Assembly: GCA_964016885.1 (NCBI GenBank)
Contig: OZ024747.1
Span: forward strand, 33,418,001 to 33,482,000
Source of the DNA: Eledone cirrhosa
Lineage: Eukaryota
DNA length: 64,000 nt
Direction: 5' to 3'
The translations under genes were made by a program, and so were the position numbers. Below, piece by piece: positions 18,001 through 36,000 of this stretch. The notes under the pieces were generated by a model, which was not told the origin of the DNA, made no database searches, and saw nothing but the letters and a program-made list of their open reading frames with translations. Within the stretch, counting starts at the first letter, position 1. Each line of letters starts with the position of its first letter.

Positions 18001-21000
18001 AACGTTAACAACAATACATTTAACAACCATAACAGAAATAACATTAACAACATTAACAACAATACATGTAACAACCATAACAGAAATAACACTAACAACG
18101 TTAACAACAATACATGTAACAACCATAACAGAAATAACACTAACAACGTTAACAACAATACATGCAACAGCCATAACAGAAATAACTCTAACAACGTTAA
18201 CAACAATACATGTAACAACTTTAACAGAAATAACACTAACAACGTTAACAACAACCATAACAGAAATAACACTCACAACGGTAACAACAATACATGTAAC
18301 AACCATAACAGAAATATCACTAACAACGTTAACAACAATACATGTAACAGCCATAACAGAAATAACACTAACAACGTTAACAACAATACATGTAACAACT
18401 TTAACAGAAATAACACTAACAACGTTAACAACAAGCATAACAGAAATAACACTCACAACGGTAACAACAATACATGTAACAACCATAACAGAAATATCAC
18501 TAACAACGTTAACAACAATACATGTAACAGCCATAACAGAAATAACACTAACAACGTTAACAACAATACATGTAACAACTTTAACAGAAATAACACTAAC
18601 AACGTTAACAACAACCATAACAGAAATAACACTCACAACGGTAACAACAATACATGTAACAACCATAACAGAAATAACACTAGTAACGTTAACAACAATA
18701 CATGTAACAACCATAACAGAAATAACACTAACAACGTTAACAACAATACATGTAACAACAATAACAGAAATAACACTAGTAACGTTAAAAACAATACATG
18801 TAACAAACATAACAGAAATAACACTAACAACGTTAACAACAATACATGTAACAACCATAACATAAATAACACTAACAACGTTAACAACAATACATGTAAC
18901 AACCATAACAGAATAACACTAACAACGTTAACAACAATACATGTAACAACCATAACAGAAATAACACTAACAACGTTAACAACAATACATGTAACAACAA
19001 TAACAGAAATAACATTAACAACGTTAACAACAATACATGTAACAACCATAACAGAAATAACACTAACAACGTTAACAACAATACATGTAACAACCATAAC
19101 AGAAATAACATTAACAACGTTAACAACAATACATGTAACAACCATAACAGAAATAACACTAACAACGTTAGCAACAATACATGTAACAACCATAACAGAA
19201 ATAACACTAACAACGTTAACAACAATACATGTAACAACCATAACAGAAATAACACTAACAACGTTAACAACAATACATGTAACAACCATAACAGAAATAA
19301 CACTGGCAACGTTAACAACAATACATGTAACAACCATAACAGAAATAACACTAGCAACGTTAACAACAATACATGTAACAACGATAACAGAAATAACACT
19401 AACAACGTTAACAACAATACATGTAACAACAATAACAGAAGTAACACTAGTAACGTTAACAACAATACATGTAACAACCATAACAGAAATAACACTAACA
19501 ACGTTAACAACAATACATGTAACAACCATAACAGAAATAATACTAACAACGATAAAACAATACATGTAACAACCATAACAGAAATAACACTGGCAACGTT
19601 AACAACAATACATGTAACAACGATAACAGAAATAACACTAGTAACGTTAGCAACAATACATGTCACAACCATAACAGAAATGACACAAGTAACGTTAACA
19701 ACAATAAATGTAACAACCATAACAGAAATAACACTAGCAACGTTAACAAAAATACATGTAACAACCATAACAGAAATAACTCTAGCGACGTTAACAACAA
19801 TACATGTACCAAGTATAAAGAAATAACATTAACAACGTTAACAACAATACATGTAACAATAATAACATAATTAACACTAGTAACTTTACGACACACATAA
19901 CAGAAATAGCACTAGAAACGTTAGCAACAATACATGTAACAACAAAAACAGAAATAACGATAGCAATGTTAACAACAATACATGTAACAACCATAACAGA
20001 AATAACACTAACAACGTCAATAACAATACATGTAACAACCATAACAGAAATAACACTAACAACGTTAACAACAACCATAACAGAAATAACACTAGTAACG
20101 TTAACAACAATACATGTATCAACCATAGCATAAATAACACTAACAACGTTAACAACAATACATGTAACAACCATAACAGAGATAACCCTATTGACGTTAA
20201 CAACAATACATGTAACAACCATAAGAGAAATAACACTAACAACGTTAAAAACAATACATGTAACAACCATAACAGAAATAACACTAGCAACGTTAACAAC
20301 AATACATGTAACAACCATAACAGAAATAACACTAACAACGTTAACAACAATACATGTAACAACCATAACAGAAGTAACACTAACACCCTTAACAACAATA
20401 CATGTAACAACCATAACAGAAATAACACTAGCAACGTTAACAACAATACATGTAACAACCATAACAGAAATAACACTAACAACGTTAACAACAATACATG
20501 TAACAACGATAACAGAAATAACACTAACAACGTTAACAACAATACATGTAACAACTTTAACAGAAATAACACTAACAACGTTAACAACAACCATAACAGA
20601 AATAACACTCACAACGGTAACAACAATACATGTAACAACCATAACAGAAATATCACTAACAACGTTAACAACAATACATGTAACAGCCATAACAGAAATA
20701 ACACTAAGAACGTTAACAACAATACATGTAACAACTTTAACAGAAATAACACTAACAACGTTAACAACAACCATAACAGAAATAACACTCACAACGGTAA
20801 CAGCAATACATGTAACAACCATAACAGAAATAACACTAGTAACGTTAACAACAATACATGTAACAACCATAACAGAAATAACACTAACAACGTTAACAAC
20901 AATACATGTAACAACAATAACAGAAATAACACTAGTAACGTTAACAACAATACATGTAACAACCATAACAGAAATAACACTAACGACGTTAACAACAATA

Positions 21001-24000
21001 CATGTAACAACCATAACAGAAATAACACTAACAACGTTAACAACAATACATGTAACAACCATAACAGAAATAACACTAACAACGTTAACAACAATACATG
21101 TAACAACCATAACAGAATAACACTAACAACGTTAACAACAATACATGTAACAACCATAACAGAAATAACGTTAACAACGTTAACAACAATACATGTAACA
21201 ACCATAACAGAAATACCACTAACAACGTTAACAACAATACATGTAACAACCATAACAGAAATAACACTAGTAACGTTAGCAACAATACATGTAACAACCA
21301 TAACATAAATAACACTAGTAACGTTAGCAACAATACATGTAACAACCATAACAGAAATAACACTAACAACGTTAACAACAATACATATAACAACCATAAC
21401 AGAAATAACACTAACAACGTTAACAACAATACATGTAACAACAATAACAGAAATAACACTTGTAACGTTAACAACAATACATGTAACAACCTTAACAGAA
21501 ATAACACTAGTAACGTTAACAACAATACATGTAACAACCATAACAGAAATAACTCTAACAACGTTAACAACAATACATGTAACAACAATAACAGAAGTAA
21601 CACTAGTAACGTTAACAACAATACATGTAACAACCATAACAGAAATAACACTAACAACGTTAAAACAATACATGTAACAACCATAACAGAAATAACACTA
21701 ACAACGTTAACAACAATACATGTAACAACCATAACAGAAATAACACTAACAACGTTAACAACAATACATGTAACAACCGTAACATAAATAACACTAACAA
21801 CGTTAACAACAATACATGTAACAACCATAACAGAAATAACACTAACAACGTTAACAAAAATACATGTAACAACCATAACAAAAATAACACTAGTAACGTT
21901 AGCAACAATACATGTAACAACCATAACAGAAATAACACTAACAACGTTAACAACAATACATGTAACAACAATAACAGAAGTAACACTAGTAACGTTAACA
22001 ACAATACATGTAACAACCATAACAGAAATAACACTAACAACGTTAAAACAATACATGTAACAACCATAACAGAAATAACACTGGCAACGGTAACAACAAT
22101 ACATGTAACAACGATAACAGAAATAACACTAGCAACGTTAACTGCAATACATGTAACAACTATAACAGAAATAACACTAGTAACGTTAGCAACGATACAT
22201 GTCACAACCATAACAGAAATAACACGAGTAACGTTAACAACAATACATGTAACAACCATAACAGAAATAACATTAGCAACGTTAACAACAATACATGTAA
22301 CAACCATAACAGAAATAACACTAACAACGTTAACAACAATACATGTAACAACCATAACAGAAATATCACTAACAACGTTAACAACAATACATGTAACAAC
22401 TATAACAGTAATAACACTAACAACGATAACAACAATACATGTAACAACCATAACAGAAATAACACTAACAACGTTAACAACAATACATGCAACAACCATA
22501 ACAGAAATAACATTAACTACGTTAACAACAATACATGTAACAACCATAACAGAAATAACACTAACAACGTTAACAACAATACATTTAACAACCATAACAG
22601 AAATAACATTAACAACATTAACAACAATACATGTAACAACCATAACAGAAATAACACTAACAACGTTAACAACAATACATGTAACAACCATAACAGAAAT
22701 AACACTAACAACGTTAACAACAATACATGCAACAGCCATAACAGAAATAACTCTAACAACGTTAACAACAATACATGTAACAACTTTAACAGAAATAACA
22801 CTAACAACGTTAACAACAACCATAACAGAAATAACACTCACAACGGTAACAACAATACATGTAACAACCATAACAGAAATATCACTAACAACGTTAACAA
22901 CAATACATGTTACAGCCATAACAGAAATAACACTAACAACGTTAACAACAATACATGTAACAACTTTAACAGAAATAACACTAACAACGTTAACAACAAG
23001 CATAACAGAAATAACACTCACAACGGTAACAACAATACATGTAACAACCATAACAGAAATATCACTAACAACGTTAACAACAATACATGTAACAGCCATA
23101 ACAGAAATAACACTAACAACGTTAACAACAATACATGTAACAACTTTAACAGAAATAACACTAACAACGTTAACAACAACCATAACAGAAATAACACTCA
23201 CAACGGTAACAACAATACATGTAACAACCATAACAGAAATAACACTAGTAACGTTAACAACAATACATGTAACAACCATAACAGAAATAACACTAACAAC
23301 GTTAACAACAATACATGTAACAACAATAACAGAAATAACACTAGTAACGTTAAAAACAATACATGTAACAAACATAACAGAAATAACACTAACAACGTAA
23401 ACAACAATACATGTAACAACCATAACATAAATAACACTAACAACGTTAACAACAATACATGTAACAACCATAACAGAATAACACTAACAACCTTAACAAC
23501 AATACATGTAACAACCATAACAGAAATAACACTAACAACGTTAACAACAATACATGTAACAACAATAACAGAAATAACATTAACAACGTTAACAACAATA
23601 CATGTAACAACCATAACAGAAATAACACTAACAACGTTAACAACAATACATGTAACAACCATAACAGAAATAACATTAACAACGTTAACAACAATACATG
23701 TAACAACCATAACAGAAATAACACTAACAACGTTAGCAACAATACATGTAACAACCATAACAGAAATAACACTAACAACGTTAACAACAATACATGTAAC
23801 AACCATAACAGAAATAACACTAACAACGTTAACAACAATACATGTAACAACCATAACAGAAATAACACTGGCAACGTTAACAACAATACATGTAACAACC
23901 ATAACAGAAATAACACTAGCAACGTTAACAACAATACATGTAACAACGATAACAGAAATAACACTAACAACGTTAAAACAATACATGTAACAACCATAAC

Positions 24001-27000
24001 AGAAATAACACTAGCAACGTTAACAACAATACATGTAACAACCATAACAGAAATAACACTAACAACGTTAACAACAATACATGTAACAACCATAACAGAA
24101 ATAACACTAACAACGTTAACAACAATACATGTAACAACCATAACAGAAATAACACTAACAACGTTAACAAAAATACATGTAACAACCATAACAAAAATAA
24201 CACTAGTAACGTTAGCAACAATACATGTAACAACCATAACAGAAATAACACTAACAACGTTAACAACAATACATGTAACAACCATAACAGAAATAACACT
24301 AACAACGTTAACAACAATACATGTAACAACAATAACAGAAGTAACACTAGTAACGTTAACAACAATACATGTAACAACCATAACAGAAATAACACTAACA
24401 ACGTTAACAACAATACATGTAACAACCATAACAGAAATAACACTAACAACGATAAAACAATACATGTAACAACCATAACAGAAATAACACTGGCAACGTT
24501 AACAACAATACATGTAACAACGATAACAGAAATAACACTAGTAACGTTAGCAACAATACATGTCACAACCATAACAGAAATGACACGAGTAACGTTAACA
24601 ACAATAAATGTAACAACCATAACAGAAATAACACTAGCAACGTTAACAAAAATACATGTAACAACCATAACAGAAATAACTCTAGCGACGTTAACAACAA
24701 TACATGTACCAAGTATAAAGAAATAACATTAACAACGTTAACAACAATACATGTAACAATAATAACATAATTAACACTAGTAACTTTAACGACACACATA
24801 ACAGAAATAGCACTAGAAACGTTAGCAACAATACATGTAACAACAAAAACAGAAATAACGATAGCAATGTTAACAACAATACATGTAACAACCATAACAG
24901 AAATAACACTAACAACGTCAATAACAATACATGTAACAACCATAACAGAAATAACACTAACAACGTTAACAACAACCATAACAGAAATAACACTAGTAAC
25001 GTTAACAACAATACATGTATCAACCATAGCATAAATAACACTAACAACGTTAACAACAATACATGTAACAACCATAACAGAGATAACCCTATTGACGTTA
25101 ACAACAATACATGTAACAACCATAAGAGAAATAACACTAACAACGTTAAAAACAATACATGTAACAACCATAACAGAAATAACACTAGCAACGTTAACAA
25201 CAATACATGTAACAACCATAACAGAAATAACACTAACAACGTTAACAACAATACATGTAACAACCATAACAGAAGTAACACTAACACCCTTAACAACAAT
25301 ACATGTAACAACCATAACAGAAATAACACTAGCAACGTTAACAACAATACATGTAACAACCATAACAGAAATAACACTAACAACGTTAACAACAATACAT
25401 GTAACAACGATAACAGAAATAACACTAACAACGTTAACAACAATACATGTAACAACCATAACAGAAATAACACTAACAACGTTAACAACAATACATGTAA
25501 CAACCATAACAGAAATAACACTAACAACGTTAACAACAATATATGTAACAACCATAACAGAAATAACACTAACAACCTTAACAACAATACATGTAACAAC
25601 CATAACAGAAATAACACTAGCAACGTTAACAACAATACATGTAACAACCATAACAGAAATAACACTAGCAACGTTAACAACAATACATGTAACAACCATA
25701 ACAGAAATAACACTAACAACGTTAACAACAATACATGTAACAACCATAACAGAAATAACACTAACAACGTTAACAACAATACATGTAACAACCATAACAG
25801 AAATAACACTAACAACGTTAACAACAACACATGTAACAGCCATAACAGAAATAACACTAACAACGTTAACAACAATACATGTAACAACCATAACAGAAAT
25901 AACACTAACAACGTTAACAACAATAGATGTAACAACCATAACAGAAATAACACTAACAACGTTAACAACAATACATGTAACAACCATAACAGAAATAACA
26001 CTAACAACGTTAACAACAATACATGTAACAACCATAACAGAATAACACTAACAACGTTAACAACAATACATGTAACAACCATAACAGAAATAACACTAAC
26101 AACGTTAACAACAATACATGTAACAACCATAACAGAAATAACGTTAACAACGTTAACAACAATACATGTAACAACCATAACAGAAATACCACTAACAACG
26201 TTAACAACAATACATGTAACAACCATAACAGAAATAACACTAGTAACGTTAGCAACAATACATGTAACAACCATAACATAAATAACACTAGTAACGTTAG
26301 CAACAATACATGTAACAACCATAACAGAAATAACACTAACAACGTTAACAACAATACATATAACAACCATAACAGAAATAACACTAACAACGTTAACAAC
26401 AATACATGTAACAACAATAACAGAAATAACACTTGTAACGTTAACAACAATACATGTAACAACCTTAACAGAAATAACACTAGTAACGTTAACAACAATA
26501 CATGTAACAACCATAACAGAAATAACTCTAACAACGTTAACAACAATACATGTAACAACAATAACAGAAGTAACACTAGTAACGTTAACAACAATACATG
26601 TAACAACCATAACAGAAATAACACTAACAACGTTAAAACAATACATGTAACAACCATAACAGAAATAACACTAACAACGTTAACAACAATACATGTAACA
26701 ACCATAACAGAAATAACACTAACAACGTTAACAACAATACATGTAACAACCGTAACATAAATAACACTAACAACGTTAACAACAATACATGTAACAACCA
26801 TAACAGAAATAACACTAACAACGTTAACAAAAATACATGTAACAACCATAACAAAAATAACACTAGTAACGTTAGCAACAATACATGTAACAACCATAAC
26901 AGAAATAACACTAACAACGTTAACAACAATACATGTAACAACAATAACAGAAGTAACACTAGTAACGTTAACAACAATACATGTAACAACCATAACAGAA

Positions 27001-30000
27001 ATAACACTAACAACGTTAAAACAATACATGTAACAACCATAACAGAAATAACACTGGCAACGGTAACAACAATACATGTAACAACGATAACAGAAATAAC
27101 ACTAGCAACGTTAACTGCAATACATGTAACAACTATAACAGAAATAACACTAGTAACGTTAGCAACGATACATGTCACAACCATAACAGAAATAACACGA
27201 GTAACGTTAACAACAATACATGTAACAACCATAACAGAAATAACATTAGCAACGTTAACAACAATACATGTAACAACCATAACAGAAATAACACTAACAA
27301 CGTTAACAACAATACATGTAACAACCATAACAGAAATATCACTAACAACGTTAACAACAATACATGTAACAACTATAACAGTAATAACACTAACAACGAT
27401 AACAACAATACATGTAACAACCATAACAGAAATAACACTAACAACGTTAACAACAATACATGCAACAACCATAACAGAAATAACATTAACTACGTTAACA
27501 ACAATACATGTAACAACCATAACAGAAATAACACTAACAACGTTAACAACAATACATTTAACAACCATAACAGAAATAACATTAACAACATTAACAACAA
27601 TACATGTAACAACCATAACAGAAATAACACTAACAACGTTAACAACAATACATGTAACAACCATAACAGAAATAACACTAACAACGTTAACAACAATACA
27701 TGCAACAGCCATAACAGAAATAACTCTAACAACGTTAACAACAATACATGTAACAACTTTAACAGAAATAACACTAACAACGTTAACAACAACCATAACA
27801 GAAATAACACTCACAACGGTAACAACAATACATGTAACAACCATAACAGAAATATCACTAACAACGTTAACAACAATACATGTAACAGCCATAACAGAAA
27901 TAACACTAACAACGTTAACAACAATACATGTAACAACTTTAACAGAAATAACACTAACAACGTTAACAACAAGCATAACAGAAATAACACTCACAACGGT
28001 AACAACAATACATGTAACAACCATAACAGAAATAACACTAGTAACGTTAACAACAATACATGTAACAACCATAACAGAAATAACACTAACAACGTTAACA
28101 ACAATACATGTAACAACAATAACAGAAATAACACTAGTAACGTTAAAAACAATACATGTAACAAACATAACAGAAATAACACTAACAACGTTAACAACAA
28201 TACATGTAACAACCATAACATAAATAACACTAACAACGTTAACAACAATACATGTAACAACCATAACAGAATAACACTAACAACGTTAACAACAATACAT
28301 GTAACAACCATAACAGAAATAACACTAACAACGTTAACAACAATACATGTAACAACAATAACAGAAATAACATTAACAACGTTAACAACAATACATGTAA
28401 CAACCATAACAGAAATAACACTAACAACGTTAACAACAATACATGTAACAACCATAACAGAAATAACATTAACAACGTTAACAACAATACATGTAACAAC
28501 CATAACAGAAATAACACTAACAACGTTAGCAACAATACATGTAACAACCATAACAGAAATAACACTAACAACGTTAACAACAATACATGTAACAACCATA
28601 ACAGAAATAACACTAACAACGTTAACAACAATACATGTAACAACCATAACAGAAATAACACTGGCAACGTTAACAACAATACATGTAACAACCATAACAG
28701 AAATAACACTAGCAACGTTAACAACAATACATGTAACAACGATAACAGAAATAACACTAACAACGTTAACAACAATACATGTAACAACAATAACAGAAGT
28801 AACACTAGTAACGTTAACAACAATACATGTAACAACCATAACAGAAATAACACTAACAACGTTAACAACAATACATGTAACAACCATAACAGAAATAACA
28901 CTAACAACGATAAAACAATACATGTAACAACCATAACAGAAATAACACTGGCAACGTTAACAACAATACATGTAACAACGATAACAGAAATAACACTAGT
29001 AACGTTAGCAACAATACATGTCACAACCATAACAGAAATGACACAAGTAACGTTAACAACAATAAATGTAACAACCATAACAGAAATAACACTAGCAACG
29101 TTAACAAAAATACATGTAACAACCATAACAGAAATAACTCTAGCGACGTTAACAACAATACATGTACCAAGTATAAAGAAATAACATTAACAACGTTAAC
29201 AACAATACATGTAACAATAATAACATAATTAACACTAGTAACTTTAACGACACACATAACAGAAATAGCACTAGAAACGTTAGCAACAATACATGTAACA
29301 ACAAAAACAGAAATAACGATAGCAATGTTAACAACAATACATGTAACAACCATAACAGAAATAACACTAACAACGTCAATAACAATACATGTAACAACCA
29401 TAACAGAAATAACACTAACAACGTTAACAACAACCATAACAGAAATAACACTAGTAACGTTAACAACAATACATGTATCAACCATAGCATAAATAACACT
29501 AACAACGTTAACAACAATACATGTAACAACCATAACAGAGATAACCCTATTGACGTTAACAACAATACATGTAACAACCATAAGAGAAATAACACTAACA
29601 ACGTTAAAAACAATACATGTAACAACCATAACAGAAATAACACTAGCAACGTTAACAACAATACATGTAACAACCATAACAGAAATAACACTAACAACGT
29701 TAACAACAATACATGTAACAACCATAACAGAAGTAACACTAACACCCTTAACAACAATACATGTAACAACCATAACAGAAATAACACTAGCAACGTAAAC
29801 AACAATACATGTAACAACCATAACAGAAATAACACTAACAACGTTAACAACAATACATGTAACAACGATAACAGAAATAACACTAACAACGTTAACAACA
29901 ATACATGTAACAACCATAACAGAAATAACACTAACAACGTTAACAACAATACATGTAACAACCATAACAGAAATAACACTAACAACGTTAACAACAACAC

Positions 30001-33000
30001 ATGTAACAGCCATAACAGAAATAAAACTAACAACGTTAACAACAATACATGTAACAAATATAAAGAAATAACACTAACAACGTTAACAACAATACATGTA
30101 ACAACAATAACAGAATTAACACTAGTAACTTTAACGACACACATAACAGAAATAGCACTAGCAAGGTTAGCAACAATACATGTAACAACAAAAACAGAAA
30201 TAACGATAGCAATGTTAACAACAATACATGTAACAACCATAACAGAAATAACACTAACAACGTCAATAACAATACATGTAACAACCATAACAGAAATAAC
30301 ACTAACAACGTTAACAACAATACATGTAACAACCATAACAGAAATAACACTAACAACGTTAACAACAATACATGTAACAACCATAACAGAAATAACACTA
30401 ACAACGTTAACAACAATACATGTAACAACCATAACAGAAATAACACTGGCAACGTTAACAACAATACATGTAACAACCATAACAGAAATAACACTAGCAA
30501 CGTTAACAACAATACATGTAACAACGATAACAGAAATAACACTAGTAACGTTAGCAACAATACATGTCACAACCATAACAGAAATGACACGAGTAACGTT
30601 AACAACAATACATGTAACAACCATAACAGAAATAACACTAGCAACGTTAACAAAAATACATGTAACAACCATAACAGAAATAACACTAGCCACCTTAACA
30701 ACAATACATGTAACAAATATAAAGAAATAACACTAACAACGTTAACAACAATACATGTAACAACAATAACAGAATTAACACTAGTAACTTTAACGACACA
30801 CATAACAGAAATAGCACTAGCAACGTTAGCAACAATACATGTAACAACCATAACAGAAATAACACTAACAACGTCAATAACAATACATGTAACAACCATA
30901 ACAGAAATAACGCTAACAACGTCAACAACAATACATGTAACAACCATAACAGAAATAACACTTGCAAAGTTAACAACAATACATGTAACATCCATAACAG
31001 AAATAACACTAACAACGTCAATAACAATACATGTAACAATCATAACAGAAATAACACTAACAACGTTAACAACAACCATAACAGAAATAACACTAGTAAC
31101 GTTAACAACAATACCTGTAACAACCATAACAGAAATAACACTAACAACGTTAACAACAACCATAACAGAAATAACACTAGTAACGTTAACAACAATACAT
31201 GTAACAACCATAACATAAATAACACTAACAACGTTAACAACAATACATGTAACAACCATAACAGAGATAACACTATTGACGTTAACAACAATACATGTAA
31301 CAACCATAAGAGAAATAACACTAACAACGTTAACAACAATACATGTAACAACCATAACAGAAATAACACTAGTAACGTTAAAAACAATACATGTAACAAC
31401 CATAACAGAAATAACACTAGCAACGTTAACAACAATACATGTAACAACCATAACAGAAATAACACTAACAACGTTAACAACAATATATGTAACAACCATA
31501 ACAGAAATAACACTAACAACCTTAACAACAATACATGTAACAACCATAACAGAAATAACACTAGCAACGTTAACAACAATACATGTAACAACCATAACAG
31601 AAATAACACTAGCAACGTTAACAACAATACATGTAACAACCATAACAGAAATAACACTAACAACGTTAACAACAATACATGTAACAACCATAACAGAAAT
31701 AACACTAACAACGTTAACAACAATACATGTAACAACCATAACAGAAATAACACTAACAACGTTAACAACAACACATGTAACAGCCATAACAGAAATAACA
31801 CTAACAACGTTAACAACAATACATGTAACAACCATAACAGAAATAACACTAACAACGTTAACAACAATAGATGTAACAACCATAACAGAAATAACACTAA
31901 CAACGTTAACAACAATACATGTAACAACCATAACAGAAATAACACTAACAACGTTAACAACAATACATGTAACAACAATAACAGAAATAACACTTGTAAC
32001 GTTAACAACAATACATGTAACAACCATAGCAGAAATAACACTAACAACGTTAACAACAATACATGTAACAACAATAACAGAAATAACACTAGCAACGTAA
32101 ACAACAATACATGTAACAACCATAACAGAAATAACACTAACAACGTTAACAACAATACATGTAACAACGATAACAGAAATAACACTAACAACGTTAACAA
32201 CAATACATGTAACAACCATAACAGAAATAACACTAACAACGTTAACAACAATACATGTAACAACCATAACAGAAATAACACTAACAACGTTAACAACAAC
32301 ACATGTAACAGCCATAACAGAAATAAAACTAACAACGTTAACAACAATACATGTAACAAATATAAAGAAATAACACTAACAACGTTAACAACAATACATG
32401 TAACAACAATAACAGAATTAACACTAGTAACTTTAACGACACACATAACAGAAATAGCACTAGCAAGGTTAGCAACAATACATGTAACAACAAAAACAGA
32501 AATAACGATAGCAATGTTAACAACAATACATGTAACAACCATAACAGAAATAACACTAACAACGTCAATAACAATACATGTAACAACCATAACAGAAATA
32601 ACACTAACAACGTTAACAACAATACATGTAACAACCATAACAGAAATAACACTAACAACGTTAACAACAATACATGTAACAACCATAACAGAAATAACAC
32701 TAACAACGTTAACAACAATACATGTAACAACCATAACAGAAATAACACTGGCAACGTTAACAACAATACATGTAACAACCATAACAGAAATAACACTAGC
32801 AACGTTAACAACAATACATGTAACAACGATAACAGAAATAACACTAGTAACGTTAGCAACAATACATGTCACAACCATAACAGAAATGACACGAGTAACG
32901 TTAACAACAATACATGTAACAACCATAACAGAAATAACACTAGCAACGTTAACAAAAATACATGTAACAACCATAACAGAAATAACACTAGCCACCTTAA

Positions 33001-36000
33001 CAACAATACATGTAACAAATATAAAGAAATAACACTAACAACGTTAACAACAATACATGTAACAACAATAACAGAATTAACACTAGTAACTTTAACGACA
33101 CACATAACAGAAATAGCACTAGCAACGTTAGCAACAATACATGTAACAACCATAACAGAAATAACACTAACAACGTCAATAACAATACATGTAACAACCA
33201 TAACAGAAATAACGCTAACAACGTCAACAACAATACATGTAACAACCATAACAGAAATAACACTTGCAAAGTTAACAACAATACATGTAACATCCATAAC
33301 AGAAATAACACTAACAACGTCAATAACAATACATGTAACAATCATAACAGAAATAACACTAACAACGTTAACAACAACCATAACAGAAATAACACTAGTA
33401 ACGTTAACAACAATACCTGTAACAACCATAACAGAAATAACACTAACAACGTTAACAACAACCATAACAGAAATAACACTAGTAACGTTAACAACAATAC
33501 ATGTAACAACCATAACATAAATAACACTAACAACGTTAACAACAATACATGTAACAACCATAACAGAGATAACACTATTGACGTTAACAACAATACATGT
33601 AACAACCATAAGAGAAATAACACTAACAACGTTAACAACAATACATGTAACAACCATAACAGAAATAACACTAGTAACGTTAAAAACAATACATGTAACA
33701 ACCATAACAGAAATAACACTAGCAACGTTAACAACAATACATGTAACAACCATAACAGAAATAACACTAACAACGTTAACAACAATATATGTAACAACCA
33801 TAACAGAAATAACACTAACAACCTTAACAACAATACATGTAACAACCATAACAGAAATAACACTAGCAACGTTAACAACAATACATGTAACAACCATAAC
33901 AGAAATAACACTAGCAACGTTAACAACAATACATGTAACAACCATAACAGAAATAACACTAACAACGTTAACAACAATACATGTAACAACCATAACAGAA
34001 ATAACACTAACAACGTTAACAACAATACATGTAACAACCATAACAGAAATAACACTAACAACGTTAACAACAACACATGTAACAGCCATAACAGAAATAA
34101 CACTAACAACGTTAACAACAATACATGTAACAACCATAACAGAAATAACACTAACAACGTTAACAACAATAGATGTAACAACCATAACAGAAATAACACT
34201 AACAACGTTAACAACAATACATGTAACAACCATAACAGAAATAACACTAACAACGTTAACAACAATACATGTAACAACAATAACAGAAATAACACTTGTA
34301 ACGTTAACAACAATACATGTAACAACCATAGCAGAAATAACACTAGTAACGTTAACAACAATACATGTAACAACCATAACAGAAATAACTCTAACAACGT
34401 TAACAACAATACATGTAACAACGATAACAGAAATAACACTAGTAACGTTAGCAACAATACATGTCACAACCATAACAGAAATGACACGAGTAACGTTAAC
34501 AAAAATACATGTAACAACCATAACAGAAATAACACTAGCGACGTTAACAACAATACATGTAACAAATATAAAGAAATAACACTAACAACGTTAACAACAA
34601 TACATGTAACAACAATAACAGAATTAACACTAGTAACTTTAAGGACACACATAACAGAAATAGCACTAGCAACGTTAGCAACAATACATGTAACAACAAA
34701 AACAGAAATAACGATAGCAATGTTAACAACAATACATGTAACAACCATAACAGAAATAACACTAACAACGTCAATAACAATACATGTAACAACCAGAACA
34801 GAAATAACACTAGTAACGTTAGCAACAATACATGTAACAACCATAACAGAAATAACACTAACAACGTTAACAACAATACATGTAACAACCATAACAGAAA
34901 TAACACTAACAACGTTAACAACAATACATGTAACAACCATAACAGAAATAACACTGGCAACGTTAACAACAATACATGTAACAACCATAACAGAAATAAC
35001 ACTAGCAACGTTAACAACAATACATGTAACAACCATAACAAAAATAACACTAGTAACGTTAGCAACAATACATGTAACAACCATAACAGAAATAACACTA
35101 ACAACGTTAACAACAATACATGTAACAACCATAACAGAAATAACACTAACAACGTTAACAACAATACATGTAACAACCATAACAGAAATAACACTGGCAA
35201 CGTTAACAACAATACATGTAACAACCATAACAGAAATAACACTAGCAACGTTAACAACAATACATGTAACAACCATAACAGAAATAACACTAGTAACGTT
35301 AGCAACAATACATGTAACAACCATAACAGAAATAACACTAACAACGTTAACAACAATACATGTAACAACCATAACAGAAATAACACTAGTAACGTTAGCA
35401 ACAATACATGTAACAACCATAACAGAAATAACACTAACAACGTTAACAACAATACATGTAACAACCATAACAGAAATAACACTAACAACGTTAACAACAA
35501 TACATGTAACAACCATAACAGAAATAACACTGGCAACGTTAACAACAATACATGTAACAACCATAACAGAAATAACACTAGCAACGTTAACAACAATACA
35601 TGTAACAACCATAACAGAAATAACACTAGTAACGTTAGCAACAATACATGTAACAACCATAACAGAAATAACACTGGCAACGTTAACAACAATACATGTA
35701 ACAACCATAACAGAAATAACACTAGCAACGTTAACAACAATACATGTAACAACGATAACAGAAATAACACTAGTAACGTTAGCAACAATACATGTAACAA
35801 CCATAACAGAAATAACACTAGCAACGTTAACAAAAATACATGTAACAACCATAACATAAATAACACTAGCCACCTTAACAACAATACATGTAACAAATAT
35901 AAAGAAATAACACTAACAACGTTAACAACAATACATGTAACAACAATAACAGAATTAACACTAGTAACTTTAAGGACACACATAACAGAAATAGCACTAG

